In this document: piece by piece, positions 39,291 through 52,032 of the stretch
Layout of the letters: each line of letters opens with the position of its first letter
How positions within the stretch are numbered: the stretch's first letter is position 1
Source of the DNA: Phoronis australis
Taxonomy: Eukaryota; Animalia; Phoronida
Length of the DNA: 64,000 nt
Reading direction: 5' to 3'
Assembly (NCBI GenBank): GCA_002633005.1
Contig: NMRA01000070.1
Span: 1,058,036 to 1,122,035, forward strand
The notes under the pieces: generated by a model
Told to the model about the DNA's origin: nothing
The model's input: the letters and a program-made list of their open reading frames with translations, nothing else
Database searches by the model: none
Position numbers and translations under genes: made by a program

Positions 39291-41299
39291 AAGAGAGTTG
39301 ATCTGCTTATTTGGGAAGAAGTACCGGTACGCATGACGCCTACAGTGAGAACCGTCAGTTGTGACAATGTATAGGCCTACTACACCGTACAGAACTCGAA
39401 ACATATTCTTTCCCGAGCGACAACACAGCTGAGTGCCGTATTCACAAAGTCGATAAAATGGCAAACACCTGACGACTGGAAGTCGAAGTATATCGAAGTG
39501 CATTCTGGTGGCTTGCCCACATGGTTATTTCGCCTTGTGAGTTGTGTGCCGCTAGTTGGTCAATAACCAGCATGCTAGCTAGGCACGAGAAACCATGCTG
39601 CTGCCTAGTTGTTTTCTTGATAACAAGCACTTACATTCTTATTTGTTTGCTAAATAACCGATGATAAGTGTAAAACGACGATTTCACTTAATCGGTAACT
39701 CGACGGCTGGCATAACATCGGGCTGGCCGTGCACATATCCGTTACAAACTCTCGCACGTTAGAAGTTGACAGATTCGTTCTTTAATAGTGAAGATACGAA
39801 ATGTGTTTACATTACTAGCTGGGGTTAAGAAGTTCAATACAACTTCAGTGGATAATTACCAAAAAAGGACTGAAAAGAAATAACAAAATTTGATATTGGC
39901 ATACTACGGACAAAAGCTACCTAACCGTTACACAATATTAAACAGCATATGGAAGGATTGTATATGTTGACCTATATGCAATAGGGTAAGACGCCATTTT
40001 TGAAAGAAAAGTTTAATGGCAAATGTTGGTGTAGTTTCATGTTTTGTTCTTTGAACTATATCCTGTCATTCTTTTTTGTGGTGCAGCCAGTACCTGGATA
40101 GTATGTAAACTAACCTTAAATCTCAAACAGGGTTGGAAGTCTGTCGGTTACTAACTGAGTTAGTCCTTCCCTGACTGAGTCACAGGCTCTCGAATTTCCC
40201 GATGATAGACCATACAGCGCGACATAACTAGCTGCAGGTCGCATTTGCGACCTGAAATTTGGAAGTGCGTGCGGAGATTTTTGCCACCTCGTATAAACTC
40301 GCAAAATGAGACCTAGAGGCTAGAATTCCCAACGTATACGGTATACGAGCTGAGTTTTTACACTTTTCAGCAGACACCAGGCAAATGTAATTAAAAGCAA
40401 CTCGTGTGAATCGGACCGTTATTTGGTTGTTGCCAAATAAAACACTAAGCGACTGAGAACAGACCTCCAGATGATTTGTAAAAAAAAAAAAAAAAATTAA
40501 AAGTTGCAAAGTTTGGACTGTTAATAAAAAATGGAGGGAGTTTGCACTCAGTTTGAATCTTTAACGACATTGATGACAGTCATATAGCAGGTCAGACCTA
40601 GCAAAATCGCGGACACTTTTTCAATGAATATTATCTCCCTATATTTATTGCAAACTTAGCTACTCGAATACACGTGTCGGTTGGAGAGCACTGATTCAAC
40701 TTTCACGTCAGCAACAGCCTTTGAATGTCGGTTGTGAAGAACAGTAACGCAGTACCTGCATGTAAGAAATCAGTTTTGTGACCTGAAATTTGTGAGTATT
40801 TAAAGCCGCAGGTAAAAGCATAATCTAAGCACTTTCTCGGTCATCTAGAAAAAGCTATTTTGGAGCGTAGTAACGGCCGAAAAATTTCGCCACCGGAATA
40901 CGAAAGTGTCCCATTCTCTCAATAACTTTTGCACTTGCGACATTTAGCAAGCTGCCTAGGTATGACGTGGAAATGTTTTGATATAAAAATAGATAACAAA
41001 CTTCATTCTTCCCAGTGCTGTCTGCGCCTTTTACTCCTTGAAAGGAAAACCTGTCAGTGTCAAGTCTCGGAACATTATTTGACATGGCAAATTATGCACT
41101 GAAATTGGTAAACATAGTAATGAATTAGGAGAGATTCTTGTAATTTCATATTGCATGTTTGAAACAGCTCAACTCAGTTCAGTTTTATCCCCCAGGTAAT
41201 TTAATACCTTTGGACCGGCTCACACCATGCGCGAGTGTAAAAAGTTACTAGTATTGAGAGCCTGGGCCTCGTTAGCCGCCGAAATAGTCTTCCATTCGT

Positions 41300-41450
41300 C
41301 ATTGTCACCAATGAGATAAACTCTTATTGGTTTTCACATTGTCACTTGCAGACGACAAGCAGCATCGCCTACGCGAGATCTCGCTATGAAACGGGAAATT
41401 GCCATTACCAAGAGTGCTGACCCCCTCCCCCTACACAGTTGAACATTTCG
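41300..41450 (+). promoter_or_regulatory. Candidate dystroglycan promoter
   Basis: CCAAT (about 41308) and ATTGG (about 41326) boxes and the CpG palindrome GCGAGATCTCGC (41373-41384). These lie upstream of a candidate UTR donor aag|gtgcg (about 41545) and acceptor ttttccag| at 41739. Confidence 0.35.
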
Positions 41451-41892
41451 TTGCAGTAAAAGTTAATTCCAGAGGGAGTGACAGACAAAAAATGGAACAT
41501 TTGCTTGCTATTTTTAGGACTCGGAATCGAAGAATTGTTGTCAAGGTGCGAAAGCGTTTGTTAACTTGGCGTATGGACTTAGCTCTACCATCGCTGGTGG
41601 CACTCAGAATTCGCTAATGGCGAGCGGCTAGCATGAGCCAAGCGTATTATTTGCCTCAGACCTTTCAGCATTTGCCAAGCTACTTTAGAGTTACTAATAT
41701 CCGACTTGGCGATTAACAAAGCTACATTGTTTTTTCCAGGTGAGGTCCTAGTGTGTTGAGGATGGTAACATTGGATTGAAAGTTTTGGGATTAGTTTACA
41801 CAAATTCGATGTATTGAGCCACGTAGGTAGCTTCCTCTGGATGGAAATGATGATGTCGTTTGAACGTGGTCAAAATTACTTACGGTCTTGAC

Positions 41893-42105
41893 ATGAATGC
41901 ATGGCATCTGATACCACTGGTTGTATGTTCTTCGCTGTGCAAAGTTGTGGAAAACGTGGGTGCCTTCGGGAATCTCCGATATTATCAAGGAAGTGAAACT
42001 GATGTTGGTAAAGCGGAGCAGTTAAAAGATGCTAATGCAGTGGTGGGGCAGTTATTTGAATACACAATCCCTGCTACCTGGTGCAATGGAGCCATGCATC
42101 CACAG
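41893..42105 (+). CDS. DAG1: Dystroglycan, coding exon 1 (signal peptide, start of cadherin-like/Ig1 domain)
   Basis: MNAWHLIPLVVCSSLC...DANAVVGQLFEYTIP...HPQ|gtaagt, phase 0. Confidence 0.8.
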
Positions 42106-43597
42106 GTAAGTAGGCTCATGCATCTATATAACTCAGAATAATCTGTTTTTATTTTTTGAAAGAAGTGTTTCAATCGCTTGTTTTGCACATACGGGCATGC
42201 GCCTGAATGTTTTTTTTGTTGCAGTTATCAATTGTGCATGTAGCTGTCTTTGTGTGTGTTTCAGTTGTTAGGTAAATTAACATGTGTCAATTAAAAAAAA
42301 TAAATAGAGAATTGTGCACTTGAGTATTGCGGAAATTCAAAAAAATGGATTCCTGGATTTTTGGCATGTTTCACATGTTGCCGCATGTTACTGAATTAAT
42401 TCCAATGTACATGCAGGTTCACATGGATGTATGGGCCTAAGCACACACAAACTGATATATTGACACATGCGTAATGTGCATGAATATTTCCCCATATTTT
42501 CCATTTATCTATTTCCCCATATTTCCATTTCTGACTTGTGTCCCTGGTTTACATAGAATTCTGCTCTTCCCGTGGTGCTGTTTCGGACATTAAATTCAAA
42601 CTGAAATAGAATGACTGCGGCAGAATATCAGATTGCTGCAACATTCATTTAAATGCCATTGAGTATTTTTCACAACTTTGTTGAATATGCTTTTAATTAC
42701 CGCTAACATGGCAGGACCCTTGATGCCTCAGTTTTGAGAAAACTTAGCTGCTCCATTTCTTTCCGGAAACTATTTTAAATTCGCATGAAACTCCCCTCAT
42801 CATGTTCAACAATTCCCCTTTAGAGGTCAAAAAAATCTCCCAGGTTAGAAAAACTCAATCTCTAAATAAATAACTCACGCAGACTCTCAGCTTCAGCAGG
42901 TTTCATTAACTGCGAAAATCCCATCTTCACAGGCATGCCTTTCCAGTTGGTGCAGCCTTAGCCTGCTTTATTGTGGAACATGTACCATCCATACAAAGGG
43001 GTGTGTTGTCTTGTCTCTGGTCATTTAGGCATGTTGTACTTATAGTGAAAGGTATTTTGAATATTATTGCTGATTTTTATGCGAATGGTGAATAATAATT
43101 ATTCCAATCAGCAGTACTCTGTGAGCAAGTTATATAATGCAAACACTTTGTATAACTACTAGCTGAGTTGCTGTTTGTTTATTTCTGGCAGAGTCGCCGA
43201 AGTCAACACTGACACTGAAAGTCTGTTGGCTTCTCTCATCCACTGATAGCAGTTATCAGAACTAAACGGCAAGGGAGCACACAGCACAGCTTACTCTATC
43301 CAGTTGACATTTCTAGAAATTCTTCAAGTTGCGTCACACACACAGTTTGAAACTTTGAGTTACTTCTATTCATGTGAATCTCTGTTTAATTTATACTCAA
43401 ACAAAAAAGGCCAAGATAACTTAAAATAGCAAGGAAAAAAAGTATGCCAAATTAGCCCAAAACATCTTGAAAACAGTAACATTGGATCAAAAACAACAAA
43501 AAGCATGCTGTTATGGGATTTTAATGATTGTGGTTTAGGGAATCTTCATGAGTTTGTACTTGAGACTGTTGGGTCATGTGCTGTCTGCTCTTTTTAG

Positions 43598-44825
43598 GTG
43601 ACAGAGGGTGTGTCAAATGGTCTCCTGCCTAGTTGGCTGCACTACAGTAACCATACTCTACAGGGTGTTCCGACTGCTGTGGACTCAGGAGCTGTCTACT
43701 TACAGGTTTTCTGCCCCCTGCAGATGAAGAGCAGAAACAATGGAGCAGACAGTGTGCAGGGGGTTGGGACCTCTGATGTATTTGTCGTTAATGTTGGGTT
43801 TACTGAGTCGGGTCTGCGGAGGATTAAATCGGGGTCATCGTCTTCAAATGTTATGAAACGTTTGGACTGCCTCCCATATGAAGCTGTGTTCAAGTCGAGC
43901 ATTATAATTGATCACAGTCTTCACAATATGAAGGCCTTGGAAAGAGTCAATACTATCAGGAAGATGGCTTCGTTTTTGTCTCTGGATGCAGACAGCATTT
44001 CACTCTTGCCAGCGATCGACAAAAATCTTGGTCGACTAATTAAAACCAGCGTCCTCGCTGCTGGACCGGGGAACCTGAAGGTACTTTCCACTAATGAGGG
44101 CATTGCGTTGTCTTGGACAGTTGCATGTGGAACACTTAGCAAAACACACGAGCTGGAAGAAATACTTGACAGAAATGTGAAAAGTGGCCGCGTGTCATCA
44201 CACATAAACCATGACATTCTTGGTTGGCGAATCACTAAAGACAATGCTAGAATGGACAGGCCTCAGCGTGCAAGGCGTCAAGCCATTGGCACCCCTGTTC
44301 CTACGCCTGTCCCATCAGCCATGCCGACACTGGTGACAGACGCATCATCTTTTGAAATTGCAGAAACTTCTTCCTTGCTGGTAGCGAGTAGTTCAGTACA
44401 TTTGTCTGAATCTTCAGTTGTAAGTGGCTCATCACACACCATTTACAGTTCTGTCAGCCTCTTGTCAAGCACGATGCCCTCCAAGGCAAGTTCACAGACA
44501 ACGCAAGCTGTTACCAACTCGAGCGTGTTGTCTTCTTCCTCTTCCATTGTAGCCGAAGTTTCATCACCGTCGGTAACAGATTCGTCGAGTTCATTGTCAT
44601 CCTTGATCTCTGCAGTTACAGATTCACAAATATCGTCACTGACATCACCCTCATCTCCATCCTCCTCTGTTACATCATCAGATTCAGATTCACTCACTGC
44701 TACACATTCTTCACTACCACCAGAGGTCTCTGTTAGCTTCCAGGAATCCCTGCAGCCATCTAGCTCCTTTAGTAATGCCACGTCAGCGATAGAGCTCAAC
44801 GTGTCGATGTCCACGGAAGAACTAA
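43598..44825 (+). CDS. DAG1: Dystroglycan, coding exon 2 (Ig1, S6-like domain, furin site, Ser-rich mucin)
   Basis: tttttag|GTG start; LPSWLHY...LQGVP..DSGAVYLQV; AAGPGN; LSWTVAC; ILGW; RARR-QAIGTPVPTP. Donor ctaa|gtaagt, phase 1. Confidence 0.88.
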
Positions 44826-45762
44826 GTAAGTTTCATCTGTGTGTGACAACACCACTCTTGATCCCCTGTGGGGCCTTGATTGAAATTGTGTGTAACATTG
44901 TTCAGTTATTGGCCAGAAAATCAGTGGCTGTGTTCTCCTCACATGAATTCAAACATGAACGTGTACCATGTTTGAAAAGCTCTGAGACTTGAATTTTGTC
45001 TGCTTCACGACATAAATGACTGAAATAATGTTGCAAAGTGGTAATTATATATTATTCTTTTGCTTTAAAACTAATAGTGACGTGCAAAGCAAGTGAAAAT
45101 AGTTTGTTTGCTATAGCGTGCTAAAAAGGGTATATTAAACATAACTTTAAAAAAGAAGTGTAATCTTTTATTAGGGATATTTTACTTGGAACTACAGTTA
45201 CCTCACAACATTGTTACTATTCCAATCCAATGTCAGTACTTTCATGATGTATGTCTCCGTATCTAGCCACTTGATGTTACTGTTTTAGGAAACATTTCAC
45301 ATAATGGTGTTAGTAATTTTAATTAAAACTATAATTCACCTCATCTTTTGGAGCCGTATTGTAACCTTGTGGTTTCTTGTTGGTACAGTTATTACGTTTC
45401 ATCTGCATAGCATATCTTCTACAGTAATGCTGGATATTGTTGCGGGATCCACTGCTGGAAATAGAAATAGTTGGTTCTTTGTGTGCATGTGAAAGTGATT
45501 TGTAACACATCACAGCATTTGTTTTTATTTAGCTGATGTAAACTCTTACGGTGTTCATAACTATGGTAAAAAAGCCACAAGCATTTTTCTATAATTGACT
45601 TTTTAAAATTTTGTTCGAGGCAAAATTGCTTTATGTGAAAAAGCAACTTATTAGTTGAGAATTCGCATTTGTCCTCTCTGTCTATACATCAAAAAGTTGA
45701 CAGTGTTTCATAATTTCCTAAACCGTGCTGTTTGGTATTAACAAACTGTGTACTGTTTTCAG

Positions 45763-46923
45763 GTAGCAGTTATACATCCCTTGTATCCTCCATACTGACC
45801 ACTTCGTCTGCGTTAGAGGTATTTCCAAGCAGCACTAGTGAGATTACAACCACAGCCAAGAGTACATCAACAGAGCCTCTGACAACCACGTCAACTGAGC
45901 CAGCTGCCACAACTGGAGCACCGACTACTACAGAGCTGCAAACCACCACAAAAGAGTCGCACAGTACTTCAACTGAAGCACAAGTGACTACAACAGACCT
46001 ACTTACAACCGCAACCGAGCATGGCAACACCACAACAGAACCGCTAACAACCACAATAGGGTCCTTGACCACCACACCAGATCCACAGACACCCTCAACA
46101 GAACCAAAGACCACCCCTGCTACTGAACAACAGACAACGACAACAGTGCCTTCAACCACTACGACAGCTAAACAAACCACTATTACAGAACTGCTGACCA
46201 CCACAACAGAATCGCAAACCTCCACAACAGCACTGCAAACCACCACAACAGAACCGCAAACCACAACAACAGAGTCGCAGACCATGACAACAGAGTCGCA
46301 GACCATGACAACAGAACAGCAGACCACCCCAACACAACCTCAAACTACCACAATAGAACCGCAGATCACGACAACAGAACCGCAGACTACCACAACAGAA
46401 CCGCAGACCACCACAACAACAGAACCGCAGACCACGACAACAGAACCCCAAACTACCACAACAGAACTGCAGACCACCACAACAACAGAACCCCAAACTA
46501 CCACAGCAGAACTGCAGACCACCACAACAACAGAACCGCAGACCACCACAACAGAACCCCAAACTACCACAACAGAACAGCAGACCACCCCAACAGAACC
46601 TCAAACTACCACAATAGAACCTCAGATCACGACAACAGAACCGCAGACTACCACAACTGAACTGCAGACCACAACAACAGGACCCCAAACTACCACAACA
46701 GAACCTCAAACTACCACGACAGAACCGCAGATCACAACAACAGAATCGCAGACCACGACAGCAAAATCTCAGACCACCAAAACACAGATCACAACAACAA
46801 AGACACAAACCACCACAACTGAACCTCAGACCACTACAACAGTGCCTTCACCTACAACAGAACGCCAGACCACAGAAGTGCCAATGACAACTACAGCAGA
46901 GCCACTGACCACTACCACAACTG
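45763..46923 (+). CDS. DAG1: Dystroglycan, coding exon 3 (Thr-rich mucin repeats)
   Basis: Acceptor ttttcag|gt (phase 1); an open frame of TEPQTTT repeats; probable donor ACTG|GCAAGT (phase 1). Length 1161 bp. Confidence 0.72.
46170..46860 (+). repeat. Coding minisatellite, 21/24-bp units encoding TEPQTTT(T)
   Basis: acagaaccgcagaccaccaca-type units. A higher-order block TEQQTTPT.PQTTTIEPQITTT recurs at 46311 and 46572. Confidence 0.9.
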
Positions 46924-47532
46924 GCAAGTATTCGGTGATGGTTTATTCTTCTGTCAGTATTATGGTGCATACACATCAAGCAACAACAAATGTCGCTAGT
47001 TGTTGGTACACTGTCCATCTGTTTTTTTTTGGCTGTCGTCTCGGTATATGCAACCATTGAGCAATCTTGGTATAATTTGTTGCAGATATGGCAGTGGGAG
47101 GTCAACCTGTCAGACGAATTTGACTACTGCATCATCCCTATTTCCCCATTTTGATTGTCTAAAGATATATTTCCTTATTCAGTTTTTTGTAGCCAGATCA
47201 ACAGATTTTTAGTAAGCTTGGTGTCTCGATACATTACGTACATGCGCTGGTACCAGTCAATTTTCAAACACATTGTAGCTAACGCATAATCCCCCTGATC
47301 ACATTGTTTTAGAAAAATTCAACGGCATGATTACGAACATCTGGGCATTGCTTCGTGCACATGATAAACTTTCTGTTATCATCGGGGATTTTAAAACTAT
47401 TTTGATGTGTCTGCTATTTATGCTGTATCAGTTGTTTAAGAAAGTCAGTCCTTGGTAACAAAGGGCTCTATTGCTTGAAGTGACGGAATGTAAATGTAGG
47501 CCATGTTGTTTTATATTCGTCTGGTCTTTCAG

Positions 47533-48749
47533 ATCCGCCCAACTTACAGCCCGTCCTCTACAATCCCATTGATGTTATCCGTCCATTCCTTGGTGAACCT
47601 TTCCGAGTCCCTGTCCCCCCAGACACATTCCACGACCCAGAAAATGGGGCCTCGGATAAACTCTTACTTGAGTTGTTGACCGTCTCTCTTGGACGTATTC
47701 CGAAGGATTATTGGATCCAGTACAATGCCTCGGATATGGCTATTTATGGCTTGCCAATACCGTCGGACTTCACTGATATTGTGTTAGACTCAACATTGAC
47801 ATTTGTTCTCAGAGCCACTGACTCTGGGGGTCTGTACGCTGTTGACGTGATACAAGTAGTCATACAGACAATAAGTCTCAAACCGTCCCACGTTTTTTTC
47901 ATGGAGCTCAATACAGATTATAGCTCTTTCATGCTGTCACGTGACAATGCCGTAAATGTTGTGAAGGGGATAGGCTTGCACTATGGCGACGGTGCGCAGA
48001 ACTTTGTCGCCGTCTCTTCCATCGAGGCTGGATCAGTCATCTTTGCCTGGACAAACAATACATTATCTCGGACCGTGTGCCAAGTTGATCTGATTCAGTC
48101 CCTGCGTAGCAAACTTATCAACCTAGACGGGACAATTAACTCTGAGCTTAGTGAAACTCTCGCACCCTTCAAGGTGCTAAGCGCATATCTCTTCTATGAA
48201 GGAGTCTGTACTATCGTGTCTCCTAGTGTTGTGGTAACTCCTGTTCCGGTCAAGCCAGTGGTTAGTGATGACTCGGACATTTATCTAGTCAGTGTACTTC
48301 CTGCCGTAGGTCTGGCCGTCATCATGTTGTTGGTTGCAGTGCTGTTATTTTTACTGTACAGACACAGACGGTCTGGTCACAAGTACGTGGCTAAAGATGA
48401 GAAACAGGCATACACGAAGAGTCGCACGCCGGCGATTTTACCGCAGGAAAAAATGGAGATGCACGACGCCATTTCACCAAAGAAGTCCCGTCCTCGTGGA
48501 CCGACAATACTAGACACGGATCTGGATTTCGGCATGGGTGATGATAAGAGACCACTGTACGACGATCGTCCAGCACCACCCAGGTATCAGTTGCCTCATA
48601 ATGGCGGTTATGCAGATTTGTTTGATCAATTGGACGCGGCAACCCTCAGTCCCCCGCCATCGTATCGCAGCGAGGCCACTTTCAAGCCTCCACCTATTTA
48701 CAGACTTCCACCATCTTATCTCCAATTCCCGTCCGAGTCTCACGTGTGA
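47533..48749 (+). CDS. DAG1: Dystroglycan, last coding exon (Ig2, SEA-like alpha/beta cleavage, TM, cytoplasmic tail)
   Basis: ctttcag|AT start; PNLQPVLYNPID...VPPDTFHDPE; LRATDSGG; G-SVIFAWTNNTL cleavage motif; TM followed by RHRRSG; PPxY motifs; TGA at 48747-48749. Confidence 0.92.
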
Positions 48750-51000
48750 TGAAGTGACCGGAGTACTTATCAATGGCTGATCTCAAAAATTAAATTGATA
48801 CGAAATACAGGGAATCTGTGCTATTATAAAGTAGTTTTTAACTTAAGGTGCGTGTCATTTTAGACAGAAAGCTAAGTGATATTTACCGATTATGAAAGTA
48901 TAAAATGTGGCGTACCGTCTGCATTTACCACATTATTGTTCCTGTATTCGAACAAAGAAGACCGCCCCTCCGTGCTTGAATTTTGGATCCGATATGCAGT
49001 TTCATTCCTCTTTGAAAAATTGTTAAAAGGCACACGAAATTTCCTCTCCATCAGGCCCAAAATTTTCATTCAGTATCATTTGGTACTACTTAAAACGTTT
49101 TCATTAATGTGTGAAAGATTAAAAATGACATTAGTTTTCATTTTGTCCGTAGAAAGCATGCCTACAGGCTTTGTTGAAGTTGGCCATGTAAAATGTCCTG
49201 CTGAATTTTATTAAGAGTTGGCTCACTGTATGAAGTTGTCTTCTTGAAAGCGTTGATTGCATGCTAACACTTTAAAGTTATTTTTGAAGATGAAATTGTT
49301 AACTATGCAACTGTAAAGTTTTATAGAAGTATTGTCCTTTCTTCAAATTCTTTTAAAAGGTTTGTTTAGTTTATTGGTGAAATTCATTATAAAGTGGATT
49401 TTTGGAAATGCCAAGTATTTTTTTACTGCAATCAAACTGTTTTATGTCATTCTACAGGTATTGCAGTCTTACCTTTACCTAATCAATTTTTGAACTCTGC
49501 AGTTGGCTTGGGATTAAGTACATGTAGAACATCTTAAATGAGTGAACGCCATTATATCAGGTTTGTTGTAACGTAGTTCCACGTTTTTGTATGGGTGTAT
49601 TATTGTAAATTTTTGTTCAAAATTTTAAGTTGTGTTAGCATTGTTGTTGATTAGTGATAACTGGTTGGCAATAACGAACATTTAACTCATTCAGGTTAAA
49701 GCCCCATGCAATGCCACCTTTTGAGAACATTATTTCGGGTCATGTTTTGGTGGTGTCCATTAGTTTTGCCAATTACTGTCCTTGTCACATGATAACGGAA
49801 TGAACTTAATGCTTCATTAGAAATATCTGCCACCACTAACTTGATTTTCCTCTTTAATTCTGAGTGATTGGAATGACCAATGACATAAGAAGAAAATTTT
49901 TCTGGTGATGTATCATTCCACAAATAGGCTTGTTAGAAAGAAATGTTTTTGTGTGGAAAAATTAAACTGAAATGAACATTTCTGCATGAATAAAGGCAAA
50001 ATAATGATGAAAAAGAAACGAAAAAAAAATGAAACTGGAAATCGAATAAGAGGAAATTGAAGCCATACGAGATTCATTTAGAAGAGGAAAATTCCAAACC
50101 CTGTTCATTTAGCAGTTTTGATCTAAATAGCGCTGCATGGGTCTTAAAGCTCCGAACAATGTTCAATTTGTGTGCATTACAAAAGCTCTGCTGCATCTGT
50201 TGAGTTATGTTGCATCAAGTGCAGTTCAAACCATTGAAATCTCATCTGAACAAAGACCTTTACCAAATTTTTTTTTTTGAAATCTCATCTGAACAAAGAC
50301 CTTAGTAAAACGATTTTTATACATTATTTATTAAATATTTGTAGTGTATTGTATTGTTAGCAAAGTGATTGTATTGTTACAGTAGTTAGTGTTAAATACA
50401 GGTGAATTGTAAAAAGTGCTTGCTTCGTTGCCCATTTGGCGTGACGTTTGGCAAGTTAGCTTATCTGTTATTGAGGGTTAAACAATTTTTGCTTTGTATT
50501 CAAAGAGCTGTTGGGTAAATGATAAATGTTATGTATTCATGGAATAAGTTCACAATTCTTGTGTTCTGTTGATACCAAGGGCAGTATCTCTTGTGCATTG
50601 TATTGAAGAAAATAGAAAATATTGTGGCTGGAACATTGATTTCATTTTTTCAAACATCAGCTCAGAAATGTGAAGACATTCTTCCTGCTCCAGTTTGCCA
50701 GTTTAACAGTCTGCAGTACATACCAAAATAATAACTCCAGCAAAACCACGCGCCATTCCTCATCATCATTCACGCAGCATTCCTCCGTATGTTTCCCAGT
50801 CAGTGTAGCAGTAGGTGGATTAAGGGGGAACTTAAGTTGTGCACAATTATTTCTGGCATGTACTTATTGTGAGCAAAATTCAAATATCACCTTAAAAATC
50901 AAATCAATGATTTTACAATAAATGTACAGACTTCAGTTTACATGATCAAAAGCCATAGTATGTGCATTGCACCTTCCAAATGCCCTAACTGTAAATGTCA

Positions 51001-51125
51001 TCATGACAGTGTATCGTGTATTTGGTCGAAGCTTTCTTCTAGACACTCAAGGTAGCCCGTCACGTCCCTTGCTGGGGGGTAACAAGTGGCCACACAGCCC
51101 AGTCGGTCATCCTCTGCACTGTAGC
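51001..51125 (-). CDS. CPT2: Carnitine O-palmitoyltransferase 2, last coding exon
   Basis: cctttcag|GC; GYSAEDDRLGCVATCYPPARDVTGYLECLEESFDQIHDTLS*; phase 1 matches the previous exon. Confidence 0.8.
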
Positions 51126-51840
51126 CTGAAAGGTAGACATTGCATGATGGGGAAAAATTGTTATCCACAACGGAGAGCCGATAGAACAGAAGAAACGGTT
51201 CTATTTATACAATCGGACAGAATGCAAACATGGAAAAATAAGGGTCTTGGGGTATCTACATGTAGTTACTACATGTATGGATGCAGCTACATGTGGCAGG
51301 ACCCTTCCTTTACTCTACATGTATCTGGCCAATTCCAAATTCATCACTGCGTCGTCAGCTATATTCAACTGTAGATGTTTTCAAAACGGGTTTCAATTAA
51401 ATTGCTTCTACTAAAAAAGTTCAGATTAATTTTGAAATGGTTCAGTTTAATTATTTTTCGTCTTTTCCCTCCTGGGTTTTTCCAAATAACTGGGGCAAAG
51501 GCAGATGTGCTTTGACAAACTTTATCACCTTTCTTGAAAACCACATGAAGCACTCTGATGGTACACAAATATCAGATAAGGAAATTAAAAGTAACATTAA
51601 AAACAAACTGGAGAATACAATAGCAGAAGTCTGCCCAACTTTGCCAAATTTTATGCAAGAATTATTTGGCACTCAGATAAAATTTGTCACATAAAAAGCT
51701 ATTGGTTATCAACAAAAATGACCCGAGAATATAAAAAACATGTTATTGCTGATGGGACTCTTGTCTGCTTGTAACTGTATTTGGAGTCATTCAATCCTTA
51801 CAAAATTACAAACGAATGTAATTAAAATTAAGATGTGTAC

Positions 51841-52032
51841 CAAGTCCATAGCCATTGGGTGTGACGGCAGCGAATCCACCAATCAGAACAGCTGGGCTAG
51901 ACAGCGTGGACGTGGACATGATAATATGATTCATCTTAGTATAGGCTGGGTCGTGGTAGAAGTCAGGCAGGGTCTCTCCATGCAGATTGGCATAATATTT
52001 CATGGCAAAGAGGTGACGGTCGAATCCCTGGC
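51841..52032 (-). CDS. CPT2: CPT2 exon
   Basis: GQGFDRHLFAM...NHIIMSTSTLSSPAVLIGGFAAVTPNGYGLG (STS carnitine-binding motif); AG/GT boundaries. Confidence 0.92.

Noticed and set aside
44443-44814. Acidic 123-aa minus-strand ORF
   Set aside because: Antisense shadow of the Ser-rich dystroglycan segment.
45770-46808. Minus-strand Val/Cys-rich ORFs (185, 218 and 82 aa)
   Set aside because: Antisense shadows of the Thr-rich dystroglycan repeat.
26865-48749. Glycosyltransferase plus dystroglycan as a functional gene cluster
   Set aside because: They are separated by SETMAR and transposons; proximity alone is not evidence in an animal genome without conserved synteny.
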